From positions 11,889-75,888 of the forward strand of contig JBBAAE010000001.1 of assembly GCA_041658485.1 (NCBI GenBank): DNA of 64,000 nt. Reading direction: 5' to 3'. The notes under the pieces were generated by a model that was not told the DNA's origin, searched no databases, and worked only from the letters and a program-made list of their open reading frames with translations. This DNA is from Minisyncoccota bacterium. GTDB taxonomy: Bacteria > Patescibacteriota > Minisyncoccia > Phycocordibacterales > Phycocordibacteraceae. The translations under genes and the position numbers were made by a program. Shown one piece after another: positions 58,627 through 64,000 of the stretch (position 1 is the first letter of the stretch; each line of letters opens with the position of its first letter).

Positions 58627-60363
58627 TTATTCAGATATAACTCGGAGAACTTCTTCAATAGTTGTAACTCCGGTAACTGCCTTGAAAATACCATCCTCCA
58701 CCATCGTAAGCATGCCTTCACGTTTTGCCTGCAGTTCAATCTCATCTGCTGAAACTCTTTTAAGAATAAGCTCTCGTATTTCATGCGTTACTGGCAATAC
58801 TTCATGTATGCCAACACGCCCTGCATATCCGTCGGGAGAGACACCATTTTCTTTTGGCTTAAAAAACGGAATCTCCTTAATGGTTGCCTCTTTGGGAATA
58901 TGTTTTTCTTCTTTCAAAGTTGCGAGCACTCGGTCAATGTCTACTGCGGATTTTAATTGAGCAATTTCCTCTTCTGAAAGAATGTGCTCAATACGGTCCG
59001 ATGCCAAGCGACGAACTAGACGTTGCCCAACAATGACACGCAGCGTCGACACAAGAAGGAACGGTTCTGCTTCCATATCCATGAGCCGAGGGATAGTCGC
59101 TGAGGCTGAATTGGTATGCAGTGTTGAAAGAACCAAGTGGCCTGTGAGTGCTGCATTAATAGCAAGAGATGCTGTTTCGGTATCTCGAATTTCTCCAACC
59201 ATAATGATGTCAGGGTCTTGGCGCACTAATGAACGGAGCCCTGATGCGAAAGTAAATCCAATGTCGGCCCTCACTTGTGTCTGGTTTACACGAGGCATTT
59301 GATATTCGATAGGATCTTCAATCGTAGCAATGTTCACATCAGGCGTATTCAGAATATCCAAAATAGTATAGAGCGTCGTTGTCTTTCCGCTGCCCGTCGG
59401 CCCTGTCATTAAAATCATTCCTGTCGACTGCTTAGAGGCTGCATGTATTCGCTCTAATGCAGCGCCGTGGAAACCTAATGATTCGAGAGTAAAACCTCCG
59501 CCACCTTCTCTGAGTAATCGCATAACTGTTTTTTCTCCAAAATAGGTAGGCATTACGGACACACGCAAAGACACGCGCTCTTTATCTGCCTCCATTTTAA
59601 AGCGACCATCTTGTGGAAGACGCTTCTCATCAAGTTTCAAGTTTGCTAAAACCTTTATGCGCGCCGTTACTCCCGCTGCAATATTTTTTGGCAACTCCAT
59701 AGCATCATGCAAAATGCCATCAATGCGGTAACGAACCAAAAGTATCTCTTCTAAAGGCTCAATGTGAATGTCAGATGCACCCTGAACAATTGCGTGCCGA
59801 AGGAGCGTGTCAACTACTTTTATAACAGGAAGATCATCTGCAAGTTTTTTTAAGCCAGCAGTATCTAGAGAGGGACTATCTTCTATTGAAAGTGATGCGC
59901 CTTGAATAATATTGCCAAATTCTTCTTTGAGAGATTTTTGATATTGCAACAGAGCACTTTTAAGAGAGGCCGTGTCAGTGAGTCGAGGTAAAATCTTCAA
60001 ACCAATTTTCTTTTTTATAAAGTTAAGTGGCTCTAAGTCGCCCGTATAGAGCATGGCAACTTCCAATGCATCCGCAGTCTTTTTGTAAGCAATGACATTG
60101 TGCTTGCGGGCAATAGGCTCAGGGATGAGTGAAAGAACTTCAAAATCTATCTTCATGCCGGCAAGAGATATAAAAGGAATGCCGAGTATGTGTGCCTGCA
60201 TACGACGAAGCTCATCTTCACCTAAAACACCCCCTGAAACGAGGGCGTCACTCAATGGTTGCCCTGTATCTTTTGCATCCCGCTCTGCAGCTTCAAAATC
60301 TTTACGAGATACTAACCCCGAGTCAATGATGAACGTTTTCAATTGTGCGTCGGGGACAATCAT
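58627..60363 (-). CDS. pilB: Type IV pilus assembly ATPase PilB/GspE
   Basis: ASDIHIEP, PQDGR, GPTGSGKTT, RQDPD, TGHLVLSTLH. Confidence 0.95.
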   Translation of the reverse strand: MIVPDAQLKTFIIDSGLVSRKDFEAAERDAKDTGQPLSDALVSGGVLGEDELRRMQAHILGIPFISLAGMKIDFEVLSLIPEPIARKHNVIAYKKTADALEVAMLYTGDLEPLNFIKKKIGLKILPRLTDTASLKSALLQYQKSLKEEFGNIIQGASLSIEDSPSLDTAGLKKLADDLPVIKVVDTLLRHAIVQGASDIHIEPLEEILLVRYRIDGILHDAMELPKNIAAGVTARIKVLANLKLDEKRLPQDGRFKMEADKERVSLRVSVMPTYFGEKTVMRLLREGGGGFTLESLGFHGAALERIHAASKQSTGMILMTGPTGSGKTTTLYTILDILNTPDVNIATIEDPIEYQMPRVNQTQVRADIGFTFASGLRSLVRQDPDIIMVGEIRDTETASLAINAALTGHLVLSTLHTNSASATIPRLMDMEAEPFLLVSTLRVIVGQRLVRRLASDRIEHILSEEEIAQLKSAVDIDRVLATLKEEKHIPKEATIKEIPFFKPKENGVSPDGYAGRVGIHEVLPVTHEIRELILKRVSADEIELQAKREGMLTMVEDGIFKAVTGVTTIEEVLRVISE

Positions 60364-60389
60364 TCTTTGGTAAGAATAACATTGCGAAG

Positions 60390-60423
60390 CAGGGTTTAGC
60401 GTTTAGGGTATAGGGTTTAGTGG
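60390..60423. repeat. 7-bp array upstream of pilB
   Basis: agggttt agcgttt agggtat agggttt agtgg. Confidence 0.85.
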
Positions 60424-60602
60424 AGGAAAATTAGAAATGAAAAAAGAAAATGAAATACTAAGAAGAAAAAAATTCAAGATGGTGCAAAAAATACCAAAAA
60501 GTGCCACTAAAAATGCCTAGAAAGAAGTACTTGACAGAATGATTTAAGTGTAGTACCCTACTCATATTAGAAATCCCAGAAATTTATTGCATAAAATTAC
60601 AT

Positions 60603-60980
60603 ATGGCTTCTCCTGAAAGACTAATTCCTGCTTTTGAATCTCACCATGCGAGTAACGGCGCCTCTGCTATAAGTCGTGGATCTGAAAACCTTGCTTTTCC
60701 TCCTGTCGAAGCGGCTAATATCTTTAGGAAACCAGGTGCAGAAGCGAAAGTGCAGAGTGTCTCACTATTGCCCGAGATTGCTGATGTCGTTACCTACCAT
60801 GCAATCACATACGGAAACGACGCATACAACGCAGGAGTAAACACAATAGAATACCTGAGATTAACTGGTTTATTTTGGTTAAAAACTTTGGGTGCTCTTT
60901 GGGCGTTCGGGCAAGCTAAGCGGTTTGGTCGTTTTGCAAAGCGTAAATTCGATGACTTCACTTCTCCATATAATAATTAG
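60603..60980 (+). CDS. Hypothetical protein (125 aa)
   Basis: ORF with an upstream TTGACA; no recognisable motif. Confidence 0.55.
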   Translation: MASPERLIPAFESHHASNGASAISRGSENLAFPPVEAANIFRKPGAEAKVQSVSLLPEIADVVTYHAITYGNDAYNAGVNTIEYLRLTGLFWLKTLGALWAFGQAKRFGRFAKRKFDDFTSPYNN

Positions 60981-61007
60981 GCGAGCAAGATTCGTACCGC
61001 TGAACTA

Positions 61008-61090
61008 TTGACACACCTACCCCTCCACGCTATACTTTCGAAGTCAGTTTCCCTCCACGGGTCCGCGCAACGCGGGCCTGTTTTTTTACC
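61008..61090 (+). promoter_or_regulatory. nusA promoter and attenuator-like leader
   Basis: TTGACA-17-TATACT (61008-61036); hairpin gggtccgcg-caa-cgcgggcct followed by a T-run. Confidence 0.75.
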
Positions 61091-61119
61091 AAAATGGAGA
61101 GAAACTCAATCTTTCTTAT

Positions 61120-61153
61120 CCCTAAACACTAGCCACTAAACGCTAACCCCTAA
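61120..61153. repeat. 7-bp array immediately before nusA
   Basis: ctaaaca ctagcca ctaaacg ctaaccc cta. Confidence 0.85.
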
Positions 61154-61159
61154 TTAAAT

Positions 61160-62368
61160 ATGTTCGACCTAAAAACAATAAATCTAGTCATCGATCAGCT
61201 CTCTGAAGAGCGTGGTATCCCCCGTGACAAAATGATAGAAGCCATTGAAGGTGCTGTTGCAACTGCCTATAAGCGTGAGTACGGTAAACGAGATCAAATC
61301 GTTCGTGCACATTTTGATATTTCAACTGGCGGTGTCGATTTCTATCAAGTAAAAATGGTTGTTGCGCCTGAAGAAGTTCGCATGGACGGCGACGAGTCTC
61401 CAGTAGAAGAAGGAGACGATCGTCCCCACTACAATGAAGAACGATTCCTTTTCCTTGAAGACGCAAAGAGAATCAAGAGAGATGTTGCTGTTGGTGACGA
61501 GCTCATATTCCCACTCGAAAAGAAGACCGATTTCGGACGCATTGCAGCGCAAACTGCAAAGCAGGTCATTATGCAGAAAATCCGTGAAGCAGAACGTGCT
61601 TCAGTTGTTGAAGAGTACGGCGGTAAAGAAGGGGACATCGTTCACGGTATCGTGCAACGCATTGAGCGTGGCAACTTGTATGTCGATTTGGGTCGTGCAA
61701 CAGGCATTATGCCGTACCACGAACAAATTCCAGGAGAGCGATATCGCGCTGGTGAGCGTGTGCGTGCATATCTCTTTTCAGTGGAGGAAGGAGTACGTGG
61801 CGTATTCTTGCGACTGTCCCGTGCACATCCAAAATTCTTGGAAAAACTTTTCGAACTTGAAGTTCCTGAAATCGCAAGCGGTGCCGTTGTTATAAAAGCA
61901 ATTGCCCGTGAAGCTGGTGGTCGCTCTAAAGTTGCTGTGCACGCAACTGATTCACGCATCGACCCAGTTGGCGCACTCGTCGGTCAGAGAGGTGTTCGTG
62001 TTTCAACTGTCATGAGTGAACTTGGCGGTGAGCGCATCGATATCATCGAGTGGTCAGAAGAAATAAAACAATTTATTGAAGACGCACTCTCCCCTGCCCA
62101 AATTCTTTCAATCGAACTTGATGAAGAAACACACCGTGCAGTTGCTGAAGTCTCTGAGGATCAGCAATCTCTTGCTATTGGTCGTGGCGGTCAAAACGTA
62201 CGCCTCGCCGCAAAACTAACTGGTTGGTCAATCGACATCCGCCCAGTAGGAGGCGCCGTAGTTGCTGAAACTGATGAAAACGTAGCAAAGGCGGAGGAAG
62301 AAACTGAAACCAACAAAGAAAAATCTGATACTGTAGAAGAAGCTGGCGACGCAGAAGTCAAAAACTAA
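61160..62368 (+). CDS. nusA: Transcription factor NusA
   Basis: FGRIAAQTAKQV, AREAGGRSK, AIGRGGQNVRLA. Confidence 0.98.
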   Translation: MFDLKTINLVIDQLSEERGIPRDKMIEAIEGAVATAYKREYGKRDQIVRAHFDISTGGVDFYQVKMVVAPEEVRMDGDESPVEEGDDRPHYNEERFLFLEDAKRIKRDVAVGDELIFPLEKKTDFGRIAAQTAKQVIMQKIREAERASVVEEYGGKEGDIVHGIVQRIERGNLYVDLGRATGIMPYHEQIPGERYRAGERVRAYLFSVEEGVRGVFLRLSRAHPKFLEKLFELEVPEIASGAVVIKAIAREAGGRSKVAVHATDSRIDPVGALVGQRGVRVSTVMSELGGERIDIIEWSEEIKQFIEDALSPAQILSIELDEETHRAVAEVSEDQQSLAIGRGGQNVRLAAKLTGWSIDIRPVGGAVVAETDENVAKAEEETETNKEKSDTVEEAGDAEVKN

Positions 62369-62397
62369 ACCCTTTACACTAACCCCTAAACGCTAAC
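62365..62397. repeat. 7-bp array between nusA and ppa
   Basis: ctaaacc ctttaca ctaaccc ctaaacg cta. Confidence 0.8.
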
Positions 62398-62401
62398 GAA
62401 T

Positions 62402-62926
62402 ATGAATCTTTGGCACGATATTGATCCAGGAACTGCAGACGAAATGAATGCGGTTATTGAAATCCCAAAAGGGTCGCATAACAAGTACGAGATCGACAAA
62501 GAGACGGGCATGCTTGCGCTCGATCGAGCTAACTATGGCTCAGCGCCATACCCATTCGAGTACGGTTTTATTCCAAAAACATACTGGGACGATGGCGACG
62601 CACTGGATGTCGTACTGCTCGCAACATTTCCAATTCCTTCTGGAATGCTTGTTCGTATTCGCCCTGTAGCATTTATGGAAATGATTGATGCGGGAGAGAA
62701 TGACTACAAAATTATTGGGGTGCCAATAAAAGACAAGCGCTGGGATGATGTACACGACCTCGCCGATATCAACAAACATACACTTAAAGAAATAAAAAAC
62801 TTCTTTGAGACCTACAAAGACCTCAAGGGAGAAACGGTGACTGTACCTAGTTTTAAAGGTGCGGCAGACGCAAAAACTGCCTTTGAGCGCGGAAGAAAAC
62901 TTTACGACGAAAAATTCGCAAAATAG
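62402..62926 (+). CDS. ppa: Inorganic pyrophosphatase (family I)
   Basis: EIPKGSHNKYE, YGFIP, DGDALD. Confidence 0.96.
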   Translation: MNLWHDIDPGTADEMNAVIEIPKGSHNKYEIDKETGMLALDRANYGSAPYPFEYGFIPKTYWDDGDALDVVLLATFPIPSGMLVRIRPVAFMEMIDAGENDYKIIGVPIKDKRWDDVHDLADINKHTLKEIKNFFETYKDLKGETVTVPSFKGAADAKTAFERGRKLYDEKFAK

Positions 62927-62929
62927 CCT

Positions 62930-62969
62930 CAAAATCCCCACTTTTCTCTAGAGAAAAGTGGGGATTTTG
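62930..62969. terminator. Terminator-like perfect 40-bp palindrome
   Basis: caaaatccccacttttctct|agagaaaagtggggattttg. Confidence 0.8.
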
Positions 62970-63070
62970 CTTTTGTACTTCCCAACATCCTTTGGGGTTA
63001 TATACTATATAAAAGACATTCAAATATAAATTTGGATGGTGTTGTTGTAAAAACTAATCATTGAATCACT

Positions 63071-63817
63071 ATGAAACGCACATGGACATATAATGCACTC
63101 ACTCTCATGGCAGTAGCGCTCGTCGCTAGCTCTGGTACAGTCGCGTTCGCAGAAACCGATGCAAGACCTCTACCAAAAATACCTTCAGCAAAAACATATC
63201 TTGATAATCTTGGAAACAATCCAAAAACAGAACCGCGAGCTGGTTTTATAGATCCAGTACGACCAACAGGTGGTCGCCCTGCAGTTCCCGCACCTGGCGT
63301 GCGCAGAGCAGAAGAAGCGCGTGACCGCATGGGCTCAACCACACGCGAAGGGGTGCGTCCTGGGATTGCCTCAACAACTCGACCAGGTCATATGAGTACT
63401 ACTACCCGCGAACGCAACGAACAAAGAATCAAAGAGGAGATGAAGCGCTTGGCAGAAAGACTTCTTGCTGTCATTCATCGATTAGAGGAGCTCATTGTAC
63501 GAATTGAATCGCGCGCAACAAAAATAGATCAGGCAGGCGGGAATACCGTCTCAGCTCGAGCTGACATCGCAATTGCAAAAACTGAAATCGCCTCCGCAAA
63601 ACAAGACCTTTCAACCATACAGGCAGCAGCAGTAAGCATACTGAACGCGTCTAACATGGCAGCTGTATCGGCAAGCCTCGCCCCTATCCGCACCACTACA
63701 GACAATGCGCAGATGCATATAAAGAAAGCGCGCGAAGCAATCGAAAGTGCTGTGAAAAAACTTGGTGTCGCAGCTCGTGCAATACACAAGAATGCAACCA
63801 CAACACCTAGAACATAA
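63071..63817 (+). CDS. Secreted helical/coiled-coil hypothetical protein
   Basis: Signal peptide ending VAFA, low-complexity linker, amphipathic helices. Confidence 0.75.
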   Translation: MKRTWTYNALTLMAVALVASSGTVAFAETDARPLPKIPSAKTYLDNLGNNPKTEPRAGFIDPVRPTGGRPAVPAPGVRRAEEARDRMGSTTREGVRPGIASTTRPGHMSTTTRERNEQRIKEEMKRLAERLLAVIHRLEELIVRIESRATKIDQAGGNTVSARADIAIAKTEIASAKQDLSTIQAAAVSILNASNMAAVSASLAPIRTTTDNAQMHIKKAREAIESAVKKLGVAARAIHKNATTTPRT

Positions 63818-63853
63818 TCACATCGAGTCTTTTTAAAAAAATAAAATAAAAAC

Positions 63854-64000
63854 ATGGAAACAAACGAAAGTGTCCAAACTCCTCCTCTAGAGACCCCAAC
63901 ACCACCAAAGAAAAGTGCTATGGCTATCGGCCCTATCGCTGTCATTGTGATTATCGTGGGCATCCTTGCTGCAGGAGCGTGGTATTTCTTGAATCAGAAC
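63854..64000 (+). CDS. Membrane-anchored hypothetical protein, 5' part only (runs off the window)
   Basis: METNESVQTPP...IGPIAVIVIIVGILAAGAWYF. Confidence 0.7.
   Translation, partial: METNESVQTPPLETPTPPKKSAMAIGPIAVIVIIVGILAAGAWYFLNQN

Noticed and set aside
60390-60423. Telomere (TTTAGGG) or eukaryotic contamination
   Set aside because: The arrays are short, degenerate and embedded between clearly bacterial genes.

Overview
Chromosomal window from a Patescibacteria (CPR) bacterium, most likely Parcubacteria. The assignment is inferred from the missing rpmD/L30, the CPR-type VirB4/TraG-like ATPase, the split comEC, the Ser/Thr-rich Ig-like surface proteins, and few Shine-Dalgarno sites; the code is standard code 11. 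In order the window holds: a six-gene Ehr (hyf-like, complex-I-related) operon with a divergent carbonic-anhydrase-like gene; infC-rpmI-rplT; a beta-CASP nuclease; GNAT; ndk; the ATPase; and the str-S10-spc superoperon (rpsL to secY-gmk-adk-map). The superoperon is broken up by internal promoters and terminators, by micro-ORFs, and by a 7.6 kb island between rplB and rpsS carrying two paralogous adhesin-like genes and a REP-flanked RAYT transposase. Housekeeping genes, the type IV pilus/competence genes, nusA and ppa follow. The most unusual signals are: (1) eight 37-68 aa Cys-rich or Zn-finger-like micro-ORFs, five absent from the ORF track, mostly among translation genes, while core proteins (EhrS, PilB, HIT, S14) lack their usual metal-binding cysteines; (2) an Ehr complex with no apparent Ni-Fe or Fe-S ligands next to a CA-like gene; (3) about 15 strand-polarised 7-bp tandem arrays at gene boundaries, two encoding prepilin leader peptides; (4) several structured non-coding elements, including a ~165 nt candidate ncRNA; (5) a TIM with Asp at the catalytic Glu position. 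All calls come from reading the sequence; no database searches were run.
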